This document shows, piece by piece, positions 18,152-27,694 of a stretch of DNA of 64,000 bases. Below the pieces are notes generated by a model. The model saw nothing but the letters and a program-made list of their open reading frames with translations, was not told the origin of the DNA and did no database searches. A program made the position numbers and the translations under genes. The DNA is from a phage. The DNA is taken from the sequence record OZ413487.1; one strand, 5' to 3'. Numbering within the stretch: the first letter of the stretch is position 1; every line of letters begins with the position of its first letter.

Positions 18152-19019
18152 GTCTCCTCTTTTCCTACCACAAATGGCCCCGCCTGGCAAATGGAATAAT
18201 CAACAAGCCAGCAATTAACCCCACTGTACAAACATACATATAAAATAACTATTGCATAATTTTTCATTGTGTGGTAGCAGTGCCATTTTTACACGTTTTT
18301 CCTTCCAAAATTGCACGTAATGCAGCATTTGCACAAAATTTAACCTGATGCATATCTTCAATAGCTTGTCAACAACTAAAAATCTTTATAAGTCATACAC
18401 TTACATAACTACAAAAACGTTTTCTACGTGAAAAATCGAGTATAACTATAGCCGCCAGATCTCAGAATTTACGTACGCTCGCCATTCTATAGCCTGCTAA
18501 GCATTTATTCCAACCATAGAATAACGGAATAGTCAATACCTGCATAAAATAATTATTCGTGTAAACTGCATAACATAAATCGGCCCAGGTGTCAACATTT
18601 TTCGTAAACAGTCTGGAATTGTCACGTTAGGTTACCATAAGCAGAGAAATCTTTAGTCGTCTAATGTTTACTGTACATTACTATACTGACTGGAATCATT
18701 AGATGACTAAGAGAAAGATAAGAAATAATTAATAATGTAATTATTTTACCTGTAACAATAAGGCAACTATGCAAACGAATGGCATGGCGCGACGGAGTCG
18801 CGACATAATATAAAAGCAGTAACCATCACCCCCGTGATAGTTTGTCTGCAAACTATTAATCAGATCATAGTTGCCTTGTATTTAGTTAATCATGACATGA
18901 CAAGCAAGGCAACTATAGATCTGCTAATAGTTGCCCTGCTTTTATATTATGTCATGCTAATTATAATCAGTGCGATTATTGTCATGTATAATTATTGTCA
19001 TGCAAACGAATGGCATGGC

Positions 19020-19160
19020 TGATTATCGGTGTGTAAACAGTCAATCATGTAAATGGTTAGCATGTGAACAATCAGGAATGTAAACAATCCAGTGTGTAAA
19101 CTAATAGGTGTGTAAAAGTGTCATGTTGTGTCAGTTAGGTCACATTATGTCAGACAAGTT
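19020..19160. repeat. iteron-like array of (g)tgtaaac(a) motifs
   Basis: At least six tgtaaaca/tgtgaaca/gtgtaaaa variants within about 140 bp, flanked by 18-bp direct repeats gcaaacgaatggcatggc at 18771 and 19002. Confidence 0.5.
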
Positions 19161-19395
19161 TTTCTCCTCTTTGTCAAGTGCTGCATGAAAAATTTACAAG
19201 CTTGTATGGTAGCATTTTTGCGGCCCTGTTTACATTCAGTAATGTATGTATAATCCTTGTTGTGTGGGCGTTTAGACGTCTAGACGGTTGGAAGTCCACA
19301 GGTCAATATCTAATCTATCGGCTGCTAACTATATCCCACACAAATAGTAAGAAATATGATTGTTATATGCGTAAACTGTAACTCATGTTATCAAT

Positions 19396-19765
19396 CCCTG
19401 TATGGATCGCCAGTGGTGCGCATAATAGGTATTATGTTAAATTGCCCGTAATGATAACAGTTCTCACAATGATAGGTATTCTCATTCATCCACACAAAAT
19501 AGGTTGCAAATGTTGTGCCACTGTGTGAACGGCCTGGCCTATTAATTTCTCTCACTGCCTCGATATTTGAGAATTGTTATCCCTGTATGGATCGCCAGTG
19601 GTGCGCATAATAGGTATTATGTTAAATTGCCCGTAATGATAACAGTTCTCACAATGATAGGTATTCTCATTCATCCACACAAAATAGGTTGCAAATGTTG
19701 TGCCACTGTGTGAACGGCCTGGCCTATTAATTTCTCTCACTGCCTCGATATTTGAGAATTGTTAT
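19396..19765. repeat. perfect tandem duplication, 2 x 185 bp
   Basis: Unit ccctgtatgg...gagaattgttat at 19396-19580 repeats identically at 19581-19765. Confidence 0.85.
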
Positions 19766-20823
19766 AAGAATGAGAAGTATTCCCATTCCGTCCGCCTGGC
19801 AGCACTCCTGTAGGTCCTGCAAGGACTCTAGCTGAAAGCTAGACCCTTCGGGCCTCCCTGTAGGTCAGGTCAAAATCGTGGTAGAATTGGGCCTGTTCAG
19901 ATATTTCTGGCTGACTCTTCAGGTCTGTGTGGGAAAAGCCAACCTCTCCGGCGGGGCAGGGGGTCATGACGGGAAAATTGCAGGTCAATTAAAAAATTTA
20001 CGTGGTGTATGAAGCGCTCTTCAGGTAAGGCATGTATTATGGGATGAAACCCTCTTCAGGCAATGATATTTGTGGGTGTGATATTTGCTGGAAAGCCAGA
20101 TATGACGGGACTCCCGGCGGGGATGGGGTAGTACAGACAGGGAAAATATGAGAATGTAGTTGGGGAAATTGATCAGACAGGTAGAGTATGGAATATGTTA
20201 CAAGTATGTTAAATATGGAGGTTGAATATCTGTAGGATTTGTGTGTAAAATCAAAGACTTAAGGGGTGTTGTGGTATTTTCTATAAATAATTCAAGTTTA
20301 ATAGGCAATATTTGTCTCTATCCGCTTTGTGTGGTAAACAGATTCAGATTAGATTGGTTTACAAGTGTATACATAATATACAAATTAAAGATACAAGAAA
20401 CCCCCCTCCCCCTTCGGCTACCATTCACCTTTTCCTCTGACTGGTACTTAAACACTTATTCAGACTCTTCAGGTTATCACCCATATATCATATGGCAGTG
20501 ACTGGTGTCCTCCGGCCCCTCTTTCGTCACCCGTCCGCTTCGCCATGCTAATGCCATAGCCAATGGTTCGGTTGTTCACTCTGTTCACTCAGGTGTATCT
20601 CCATACCCCTTCAAACCGAAGAGAACAGAAAACCCGAATTACTCGGTAAAAGAAAAGAGAAGAACTTAATTTTATCAGGATAGGCAAGAATGTCAAGGCA
20701 TGACTGCTCACTAAACAAGCAAACAGTCATGTGTGGAAGGTAAGTGATTGTGGTGGTGGGAAATTTAGTTGAAAGATGTGTTATAGGTGCTCCCAGCACT
20801 TTAGCCGGGTAGCTAATTGTGTG

Positions 20824-21039
20824 TCAGTCCAGTGGTTCATCACCTACTTCACTGAAATCAATGTTCATGGTCTCCTCCCAACCATCAATCTCAGCACCAG
20901 AGTAGAGATCTTTAGGACTTACTCCCAAAGCATCAGCAACAGAGTCCATATTTAACACCTCTGGCAGGTATGATTCATCGAATTCAAGGTAAATCAGGCC
21001 ACGAGTGTTGTCAGCTCCACCAAATATTTCTATCTTCAT
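20824..21039 (-). CDS. hypothetical acidic protein
   Basis: Start trimmed to ATG 21039 after GAGGAG SD (track 21105). Confidence 0.5.
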   Translation of the reverse strand: MKIEIFGGADNTRGLIYLEFDESYLPEVLNMDSVADALGVSPKDLYSGAEIDGWEETMNIDFSEVGDEPLD

Positions 21040-21159
21040 GAAATCTCCTCTGGGAATGAGAGTGTGAACAGGGTTTATACGTTCCAATGCGCTGGAATTA
21101 TGCACGTTTGCCTCTTCAGGCCATGCTTCAGCATGAGGAACCTGTGTGGGCTCGGTGCT

Positions 21160-21372
21160 TCATAGTCTACCACCCCTGAACTCTTCGTGCTCAGGCATAA
21201 TAGAGAACCAGATATCTACGATGTCTTCCCACGTCAGGTCATCAGCCTCAGGATCTACCTGGAGCGAAGATGAAGAATCTTCAGAATCGAAGTTTTCCTC
21301 TTGCACTGGCTCAGTCAAGGGACATATAGTCACTCCTTTGGATGTCTCTTCAGATGCATGTGTGTTTATCAT
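21160..21372 (-). CDS. hypothetical acidic protein
   Basis: 70 aa; start overlaps the stop of an upstream micro-ORF (ATGA). Confidence 0.4.
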   Translation of the reverse strand: MINTHASEETSKGVTICPLTEPVQEENFDSEDSSSSLQVDPEADDLTWEDIVDIWFSIMPEHEEFRGGRL

Positions 21373-21458
21373 GTTCCACCCGTGAGTATTCCGGCAACAG
21401 CTGCTATGGACGTAATGATCATCAGGATCACCACTAAAACTTCGGACAATGTTCTCAT
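21369..21458 (-). CDS. 29-aa hydrophobic peptide
   Basis: Below track cutoff; GGAG SD 9 nt upstream; coupled to 21160..21372. Confidence 0.3.
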   Translation of the reverse strand: MRTLSEVLVVILMIITSIAAVAGILTGGT

Positions 21459-21732
21459 TGTGTACTCCATATTCTACAAACTATGTGTGGATACTATCAC
21501 TGGATCGGTAATGTGTCAACAGAAACGCCGCGAGGGTTTGGTTAAAATCCGAGCGTATGGTGATTTGGGTCAAAACGGACGTGCGTTCTCGCTACGCTCG
21601 AAATATGGAGTTGTTTGTAGGGAGCTCTTAAACGCTCTGTAATGAAATTAACTACCCAAGGTATGCAATCGTGCACCAGACAAAGAAAAGGACGCCACAG
21701 AGCGTCCTAGGTGTCTTAAATTTGATATTTTG

Positions 21733-22032
21733 CTATACCCACGAGGGCTTATCAAGGTTGGAGTAGCTGAAAGGTGTCAAAAGGTGACTGTCAAAATCTC
21801 TCAAACTATCCAAATCTTTTTCCTCGTCCTGACACCATCTGTGCCTACATTTGTTGTTGTAGTGCATGGAATGCATAGCGTTCTGCAACTTAACAGGCAC
21901 AAGTGATTCAGGAGTAGATAGTATTGTTGGGTATGCCAGAACCACCTCAAACAGTGGAAACACATCGAAACTAAAGTCTACCTCTGCAGAGGTTGATGGC
22001 ATATAGGAGTATTTAGCCGCCTTTGTAGACAT
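21733..22032 (-). CDS. hypothetical protein
   Basis: ATG 22032 after GAGGTGG SD (track 22044). Confidence 0.45.
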   Translation of the reverse strand: MSTKAAKYSYMPSTSAEVDFSFDVFPLFEVVLAYPTILSTPESLVPVKLQNAMHSMHYNNKCRHRWCQDEEKDLDSLRDFDSHLLTPFSYSNLDKPSWV

Positions 22033-22040
22033 AATCCACC

Positions 22041-22373
22041 TCACACAGGTTTGATAATACCTTCACCGAATAGCTCTTCGTATCTAATCTTGTCCGGATC
22101 CCACTCCTGTATAATTTCGAAGACAATATCCAACCCAGGAACAATCACTTCTCCAGTGTCAAGCTTAGCAAGAACAAAACCGGAAGGTTGAATGGTTTCC
22201 CAGTTACGGCGATCAGAATAAAATACTTCGAAAATATCACCAACCTCAATCCGTTTCTGTTGCTCAAGATGCTGAAGGTTCTCTTTCATACGGATGCAGC
22301 GTATTTTTCGTGCAGGCCATAGACCACCTGCATCACGTTCATTCAATTCTTTTACAGTGATCGGTATACCCAT
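22041..22373 (-). CDS. hypothetical protein
   Basis: 110 aa; GAAGGAGA SD. Confidence 0.55.
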   Translation of the reverse strand: MGIPITVKELNERDAGGLWPARKIRCIRMKENLQHLEQQKRIEVGDIFEVFYSDRRNWETIQPSGFVLAKLDTGEVIVPGLDIVFEIIQEWDPDKIRYEELFGEGIIKPV

Positions 22374-22394
22374 CTCAAGTCTCCTTCATGGATA

Positions 22395-22424
22395 GTAAAA
22401 AGAGGGGCCTAAGCCCCCCTCTTT
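22395..22424 (-). terminator. rho-independent terminator
   Basis: agagggggg-ctta-ggcccctct hairpin followed by TTTTT on the minus strand. Confidence 0.6.
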
Positions 22425-22428
22425 GTCA

Positions 22429-22734
22429 TTATTCTACAGAGCGTTTGAACAGAATGTCTGCCTCAGACATGTGCTCAACCTCTTCTTCGATTTTAGCTCG
22501 ACGTTTTTCAGCCTCATATCGAATATCGAACTCGGTAGCCACCAGAGATTTGATGAATTTAGGAGAATACAGATGATCCTGCTTCTCAACAAGAATGATA
22601 TCCTTGATGGCATCTTTCAAATCTTTAATCTGAAGCTGGAGTTCCACCAGTTCTTCAATTGTTTTGCGAAGGCGATCACGTTCTGCAGTGTCAGAAGGAA
22701 GAGAGGTGAACAGTTCAACTTTAGATTTAGCCAT
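22429..22734 (-). CDS. hypothetical protein (coiled-coil-like)
   Basis: 101 aa; AAGGAGA SD. Confidence 0.55.
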   Translation of the reverse strand: MAKSKVELFTSLPSDTAERDRLRKTIEELVELQLQIKDLKDAIKDIILVEKQDHLYSPKFIKSLVATEFDIRYEAEKRRAKIEEEVEHMSEADILFKRSVE

Positions 22735-22762
22735 AGTAAGAGTCTCCTTATGTTGTTTTAAA

Positions 22763-23014
22763 TTAACGTTCTACAAAAATACCGTTCAGTTCAATAACCA
22801 GGAATTTCTGGTCTTCACTATCGTCTCGTGCCAGCACCTCACAGACGTATCGGTCATCCCCATCATCATCGCAGTCAAATACAAGACTGAGGACTTTATC
22901 ATGGTAAACCTTCGCCACTACCGCCTCGTAAGTATTGCCGATTGTGAATCCAAGATAATCTCCGATGCATTTGACAACAACATGGTCTCCAGCATTTAAG
23001 TCAATCTTCGTCAT
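22763..23014 (-). CDS. hypothetical protein
   Basis: ATG 23014 after AAGGAGCG SD (track 23080). Confidence 0.5.
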   Translation of the reverse strand: MTKIDLNAGDHVVVKCIGDYLGFTIGNTYEAVVAKVYHDKVLSLVFDCDDDGDDRYVCEVLARDDSEDQKFLVIELNGIFVER

Positions 23015-23169
23015 TACTGCGCTCCTTGGGTAATAATACTGTATGTAAAACTTTAACCAGAGATGTGAATAACGCCCCAAAACACACCGATAGCGCTAAA
23101 ACAGACAAGGCCATCATTAAAGCTTCAGTAAAATCCGTCATTCCTCACCTCTTGTTAGTCACTATACTA

Positions 23170-23433
23170 TCATTTATCCTTGTCGTCAAGAACTTTTTTA
23201 AATCTTTCAGGGATATCTCCCGTTCTTAGATAGTTCATGACCTCGCAAGGTTCCCACTTGAATTTCTTACAGAGCAGGGCGGCTGAGATTGTTTCATTGC
23301 GAAAAGAAAGGATATTAATATCCCACTCTGAGAACCCCAACTTCCGAAGGGTAGCTACAGAAATCCTCACCGCAACCCAGCAGCAAAAACATGCAACAAA
23401 CGCCACTGCTACAACCCACATCAGGATGTTCAT
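23170..23433 (-). CDS. membrane protein (N-terminal TM helix)
   Basis: 87 aa; TAAGGTG SD. Confidence 0.5.
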   Translation of the reverse strand: MNILMWVVAVAFVACFCCWVAVRISVATLRKLGFSEWDINILSFRNETISAALLCKKFKWEPCEVMNYLRTGDIPERFKKVLDDKDK

Positions 23434-23522
23434 ATAAGCACCTTACTGAAATACAAGACACAGTGTTAAGGTTACTGACCAGCAAATAATTAACAGTGCC
23501 GTTGCAACCTTGGCAAGATTTA

Positions 23523-23810
23523 TCATAGTGCCTCTAAGATTTCATATCCTTCGGGTCGGAATACAAGCCACTCCGTGGCTCCGTTTGGTCGATACGCTTT
23601 ATACAGAACAACCTGATCTCGGCACATGCACATGGCTACATAGTTTTCATCCACACCTGCAGCCTGCATTGCATCTTCTTCTCCGGCAACCGCTTTGCTT
23701 ACAACTTCCTTGGTAGGCAGGTGTGCGATCAGCTCGTCACCATCATTAATTCCAAAATGGCTGAGTTCTCCATTGGTATCTTTGATCTTAATCTTAACCA
23801 GATCTTTCAT
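23523..23810 (-). CDS. hypothetical small acidic protein
   Basis: 95 aa; GGAGAAAG SD. Confidence 0.55.
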   Translation of the reverse strand: MKDLVKIKIKDTNGELSHFGINDGDELIAHLPTKEVVSKAVAGEEDAMQAAGVDENYVAMCMCRDQVVLYKAYRPNGATEWLVFRPEGYEILEAL

Positions 23811-24139
23811 TAGTCTTTCTCCAGGTTCAAAGGTCCTAAGATTTCATATGCCAGATTAGAAGTTACAAGAGGGTCTTCTGCGTCTTTAGTATTATACCAC
23901 CCGTGAATAACCAGAGTCCCACTTTGTTTCATGTCCAACTGTAACTCTTCTGCCGTTTCCTCATCCAGCTCCAAGATTTCCATAAGGTATTTGATGTTAG
24001 GGAGGTATGCAGCTGTTACAGTCCCCTCTACCAGACCTTCAGGCCAACCTACATCTGGATGACAAGTAGGAACCAGGTTGGTCAGCTTAATGGTGTACGC
24101 TTTTTCTGCACGAGCCTTCAGTAACGGGTCAATCTTCAT
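23810..24139 (-). CDS. hypothetical small acidic protein
   Basis: 109 aa; GAGGAGG SD; overlapping stop/start. Confidence 0.55.
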   Translation of the reverse strand: MKIDPLLKARAEKAYTIKLTNLVPTCHPDVGWPEGLVEGTVTAAYLPNIKYLMEILELDEETAEELQLDMKQSGTLVIHGWYNTKDAEDPLVTSNLAYEILGPLNLEKD

Positions 24140-24489
24140 TATTCGTCCTCCTCTTCGGTACCTGCTTCCAGTAATAAGTTAAGAATATCTTCTGCACAAG
24201 GCTCATAGAACTCTTGGCCTTCATTATCGATGATTTTATAGTCATCTCCACGAATAATCAGGGGATCACTCTCAAAATTATCGAGACCTTTAACAACGAC
24301 AACACGATCGATTGCCATCATTGTAAGAACTTTATCGACATCTTCCTCTGCTACACCATACTGCAGCAGAATGTCTTTGGTAGGAGGAACAGCATCCACC
24401 ACAACGCCGTTACCAAAACCTTCTGGAAGTTTAGCTAAAATATCTTCCGGAACCACATTCACATCAAAACCGGTAATTTCTACTTTCAT
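24139..24489 (-). CDS. hypothetical small acidic protein (family B)
   Basis: 116 aa; GAGGTG SD; MK(V/I)(E/K)... N-terminus and acidic C-terminus shared with 24490..24750 and 25914..26183. Confidence 0.55.
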   Translation of the reverse strand: MKVEITGFDVNVVPEDILAKLPEGFGNGVVVDAVPPTKDILLQYGVAEEDVDKVLTMMAIDRVVVVKGLDNFESDPLIIRGDDYKIIDNEGQEFYEPCAEDILNLLLEAGTEEEDE

Positions 24490-24750
24490 TTACAGCACCT
24501 CTTCGTCAACTACTTCATAAAAATGGCCTGGGATTGCAATAGCGTTCTCACCTTCACCTACAAACACAGTTCCGTCAAGAATCAACATCATAAGAATTTC
24601 TGTAATATCCTCTTCCGGAACGTTGCCAAAACCTTTAATCAGCTCGTAGGTTGGAATATTTACCTCTAAGATGTCACCATCTTTAGAACGGAAATCAACA
24701 CCGTCCTGAATCTCTGCCGTTTCAAGGTTTTTCAATTTAATCTTCATCAA
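24490..24750 (-). CDS. hypothetical small acidic protein (family B)
   Basis: 86 aa; CAGGAGA SD. Confidence 0.55.
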   Translation of the reverse strand: MMKIKLKNLETAEIQDGVDFRSKDGDILEVNIPTYELIKGFGNVPEEDITEILMMLILDGTVFVGEGENAIAIPGHFYEVVDEEVL

Positions 24751-24779
24751 TCGGTCTCCTGTCTTGTTAAGATGAAGGT

Positions 24780-24817
24780 ATTATTTCACACAGGGTTGGC
24801 GTTGTCAACACCTGTGT
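24780..24817 (-). promoter_or_regulatory. sigma70-like promoter flanked by inverted repeat
   Basis: Minus strand TTGACA-N17-AATAAT; inverted repeat cacacagg/cctgtgtg brackets the -35 box. Confidence 0.5.
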
Positions 24818-24826
24818 GCAAGAAAA

Positions 24827-25222
24827 TTACTGAAACAGTGCGGATAAATTACCTTCTGGTGGGAACTTATCTGCCAAAAACGGTGTTAGCACAGTAGCCC
24901 TCTGAAGATCTGGGGTCCACTCGTTGTTCAGAACATCCCAGTAGTACGCAATGTTGCTGTGTGGGTGCCGCATTACGAACTTTTTCCCTTCGTAGTCATC
25001 TGAAACCTCTACAGAAGAAATAACAACAGAATCTTCAAGGGTTTCTTCATAGAAAGATCCACCTTCAAATTTCCAACGAGATGCAAGAGCCCCTGCCTTG
25101 AACGCTGCAGATAACGGACTGTCGGCAAGAACATACATTTCTTGCACTCTGTCGCTGCGATCTTTGCTTCTTACGTTGTATACAGTATCTGAGCTATACT
25201 CAACACGGTATAGGCTTACCAT
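24827..25222 (-). CDS. hypothetical protein (family C)
   Basis: 131 aa; C-terminal region FVMRHPHSNIAYYWD..WTP aligns with FVIVHPDSRVKHYWN..WTP of 27029..27427. Confidence 0.55.
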   Translation of the reverse strand: MVSLYRVEYSSDTVYNVRSKDRSDRVQEMYVLADSPLSAAFKAGALASRWKFEGGSFYEETLEDSVVISSVEVSDDYEGKKFVMRHPHSNIAYYWDVLNNEWTPDLQRATVLTPFLADKFPPEGNLSALFQ

Positions 25223-25554
25223 TACCGAACCTCCTCAATAACTTCCACATCTGAACCTACCACAAATGCAAAAGGACAGGTTTCATGAAAGATATCCGGA
25301 TCGCCGCCAAGCTTGCTAACAATTTCTCCACCACTAATAAACACAAGCTCACCGATATTCATCAGATTGCTGAAATAGTACCCATAATGATTAAAGAATG
25401 CAGCAGGGTCAGGTAGACTAGTAGCCTCAAGCACTACATCGGTTGAGGTTACTTTCTTATCATAACCTCTCGCCTTTTGAGATGCAAGATCTGCAGAATC
25501 CTCAGGCGACCGGAGATGCACAGGAATTGTTTCACCAATAAAGCGTACTTTCAT
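25222..25554 (-). CDS. hypothetical small protein (family D)
   Basis: ATG 25554 overlapping upstream stop; MKV(R/K)(F/I/V)... family. Confidence 0.5.
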   Translation of the reverse strand: MKVRFIGETIPVHLRSPEDSADLASQKARGYDKKVTSTDVVLEATSLPDPAAFFNHYGYYFSNLMNIGELVFISGGEIVSKLGGDPDIFHETCPFAFVVGSDVEVIEEVR

Positions 25555-25558
25555 ATTA

Positions 25559-25822
25559 TCACCCAACAACCATAGCTTCAAAAGGAGTCATGAACGAATA
25601 AACGGCATCATCATCTGCTTCAGGGAATGCTCCCAAAGACTTCATATCTGAGCCCTTGACAAATACAAGGTTTTGATCAAAGGCTTCTTGGGGGTCAATC
25701 CGATACATATTTCGTAAAATATCGCTTACCTCCTCATCAAGAGGTGAGTATGCTGTGCACGTTTTTCCGATCAAGCTTTGAGAATCAGGGTATCCACCTG
25801 AAGTTTTAAAATAAACAATCAT
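25559..25822 (-). CDS. hypothetical small protein (family D-like)
   Basis: 87 aa; GAGGTGA SD. Confidence 0.5.
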   Translation of the reverse strand: MIVYFKTSGGYPDSQSLIGKTCTAYSPLDEEVSDILRNMYRIDPQEAFDQNLVFVKGSDMKSLGAFPEADDDAVYSFMTPFEAMVVG

Positions 25823-25913
25823 ATAGTATCACCTCTGGTAAGAGATTGGGACTCCTTTCCCACAAATAATTACAAATCTTCCTTAGCGAGGAAGTATGCT
25901 AATCCAAGCAGGA

Positions 25914-26183
25914 TTATTCCTCTACAATCTCATACACATCAGGAGTTACAATCAACTCTTCTCCGTTACCCGGTGCAACAAACACCACCAAACCTTCAGG
26001 TGTGTGCTTTTTAGCCATCTCGATAACATCTTCTCGCAGAGCTGGCTCCATCAGATCAAAACCTTCACCTAGGGCATCACGAACCACCTTCATATAGTCC
26101 ACTGGTTGTGCTTCAACAATCATGCCTTCAACCAGTCCACAATTTTTGTCTGCCAGCTCAGTTTGGAATAATTTAATTTTCAT
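25914..26183 (-). CDS. hypothetical small acidic protein (family B)
   Basis: 89 aa; GAGGAGA SD; hairpin downstream. Confidence 0.55.
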   Translation of the reverse strand: MKIKLFQTELADKNCGLVEGMIVEAQPVDYMKVVRDALGEGFDLMEPALREDVIEMAKKHTPEGLVVFVAPGNGEELIVTPDVYEIVEE

Positions 26184-26209
26184 TTAGAGGTCTCCTCAAT
26201 TATTTGATA

Positions 26210-26311
26210 TTAATAGCCGTAACCTAACACATTAACTACAACTGCGATTGCAAACATAATTTCAAAGCATGCAATCTCTACATTTGGGACTAATTTCTTA
26301 ATCACACCCAT
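26210..26311 (-). CDS. 33-aa hydrophobic peptide
   Basis: Below track cutoff; GGAGAATGAGGTG SD; immediately downstream of the HPF-like gene. Confidence 0.3.
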   Translation of the reverse strand: MGVIKKLVPNVEIACFEIMFAIAVVVNVLGYGY

Positions 26312-26320
26312 TGTAGCACC

Positions 26321-26638
26321 TCATTCTCCAAAGTCAATCTTTACTTTGCCTTTCCCCTTACCTTTCTTTCCACCGCATTTAGCCAGCTGACGTGCTGCAA
26401 CATCTACCATACGGTCAGTTGCCTCGTAAGCATCACTGCCTTTAGCCTTGGCAATAACTTCTTTTCCAGAATTGTCAAAAATGAACGCCATAACTTCCTG
26501 GTGATCATTTTCAACTTTTACACTCACACGTGCATAGTTGGCAGAGGGATGCAAACGCTCCAACTTAGACATTTTGTGGGAAATGAAAGACACCATACCT
26601 TCAGTGATTTCTACGTTGCCAGTGATTTCAATTTGCAT
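26321..26638 (-). CDS. ribosome hibernation promoting factor / RaiA-family homolog
   Basis: 105 aa; MQIEITGNVEITEGM...KLE...VSVKVE...ARQLAK follows E. coli HPF MQLNITGNNVEITEAL...KLE...VVLKVE...ARQLTK; K/G-rich C-terminal tail; AAGGAAC SD. Confidence 0.7.
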   Translation of the reverse strand: MQIEITGNVEITEGMVSFISHKMSKLERLHPSANYARVSVKVENDHQEVMAFIFDNSGKEVIAKAKGSDAYEATDRMVDVAARQLAKCGGKKGKGKGKVKIDFGE

Positions 26639-26685
26639 AACGTGTTCCTTTTAAAGAAGAGGGAACCGAACCCTCTTTGAAAACA

Positions 26686-26714
26686 ATGATACTAAATCTG
26701 AAGCGTTGTGTCAA
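26686..26714 (-). promoter_or_regulatory. sigma70-like promoter upstream of HPF-like gene
   Basis: Minus strand TTGACA-N17-TATCAT; 5' UTR contains hairpin aagaggg-ttcggtt-ccctctt. Confidence 0.5.
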
Positions 26715-26720
26715 CAGTTT

Positions 26721-27011
26721 TTACAGATTGTTGTCGATAGTTTTTAAAATATCCACAGCAAGATCTGCCATTTTTCGAACATACTCTGCAAACTCAACAG
26801 GATCCTTGATCAAAGAATTCACAGGGTCGTACCCTAGAGCGTTCAAAATGGCTGCAGCATCTACAACCTTCTCATCATTTGCGAAGATCTCTCCATCAAA
26901 CTTGTAGGTCCATTTTGAGTCAATCTTGGCAGGGAATGATTGGTCAACGCTTGTTACACCATCCTTTTTAAACGCTCCGGTGTTATCAGTGTCTAGAACT
27001 AAATCCATCAT
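26721..27011 (-). CDS. hypothetical protein
   Basis: 96 aa; GGTGAGGT SD. Confidence 0.5.
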   Translation of the reverse strand: MMDLVLDTDNTGAFKKDGVTSVDQSFPAKIDSKWTYKFDGEIFANDEKVVDAAAILNALGYDPVNSLIKDPVEFAEYVRKMADLAVDILKTIDNNL

Positions 27012-27028
27012 GTTAGTACCTCACCGTT

Positions 27029-27427
27029 TCAGTTTAGCTTTTCTTCAACAACCCCATAGCTCGGGACAGAGTCAAGAGCTTTCTGGTTTAAAAGTGGTGT
27101 AGCAGAATCTGCAAACGGTGTCCAAGTTTTTGTTCTGGCGTTCCAGTAATGCTTCACTCTGGAATCTGGATGCACTATAACAAAAACTTTTTCACTTGTC
27201 AACACATTAATTTCTTCCACACCCCTGCTGATAATTTCTCCGTCATATCCCCCGGTCTGGTATCCTTCGTACCAGGTTCTTGCATAGGCATAGCCAGCCT
27301 GCCAGCATGCAGCCTCCTCCGAGGTGGAGACTACGTAGAAGTCTTTCTCAAATTCTGGGATACGCCCTTGCTTTACGCTCCAAGCTCCGCGAATTTTCAT
27401 TGTAACTTTGAATAGTTTATTTTTCAC
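27029..27427 (-). CDS. hypothetical protein (family C)
   Basis: 132 aa; GTG start; paralog of 24827..25222. Confidence 0.55.
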   Translation of the reverse strand: MKNKLFKVTMKIRGAWSVKQGRIPEFEKDFYVVSTSEEAACWQAGYAYARTWYEGYQTGGYDGEIISRGVEEINVLTSEKVFVIVHPDSRVKHYWNARTKTWTPFADSATPLLNQKALDSVPSYGVVEEKLN

Positions 27428-27439
27428 AACGGTTACCCA

Positions 27440-27694
27440 TCACAGTTCTACAATATCTGCATCTGACCCTGCCCCAAAGGCATAATAGGACTCTTCCCCG
27501 AAATAATATTCCGGTGCACCAGCAGCGATCAGGTCTGATCCCAAAATGAATACCACGTTGTGGCCTACATAGCTGTGATTTTGCCGCACAGGATCATCCC
27601 ACGGCAACCCTTCGAAGTATACCGCAGGGACGACCTTTCCTTTCAGGAAGGATTGCCCCAAGTAGACGTTAGAATCAAGAATTTTAACCTTCAT
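27440..27694 (-). CDS. hypothetical small protein (family D)
   Basis: 84 aa; MKVKILDS...LIAAGA motif; GGAGGACG SD. Confidence 0.55.
   Translation of the reverse strand: MKVKILDSNVYLGQSFLKGKVVPAVYFEGLPWDDPVRQNHSYVGHNVVFILGSDLIAAGAPEYYFGEESYYAFGAGSDADIVEL

Noticed and set aside
19396-20110. CRISPR array hypothesis for the tandem and degenerate repeats
   Set aside because: Repeat units are 185 bp and about 100 bp, not 28-37-bp direct repeats with unique spacers; no cas genes in the window.
18834-20799. Track ORFs 18834-19022, 19178-19381, 19552-19740, 20241-20501 and 20611-20799 inside the large non-coding zone
   Set aside because: Low-complexity, Cys/Ile-rich products without SD sequences; two lie inside the 185-bp tandem repeat; they look like chance frames in repeat DNA.
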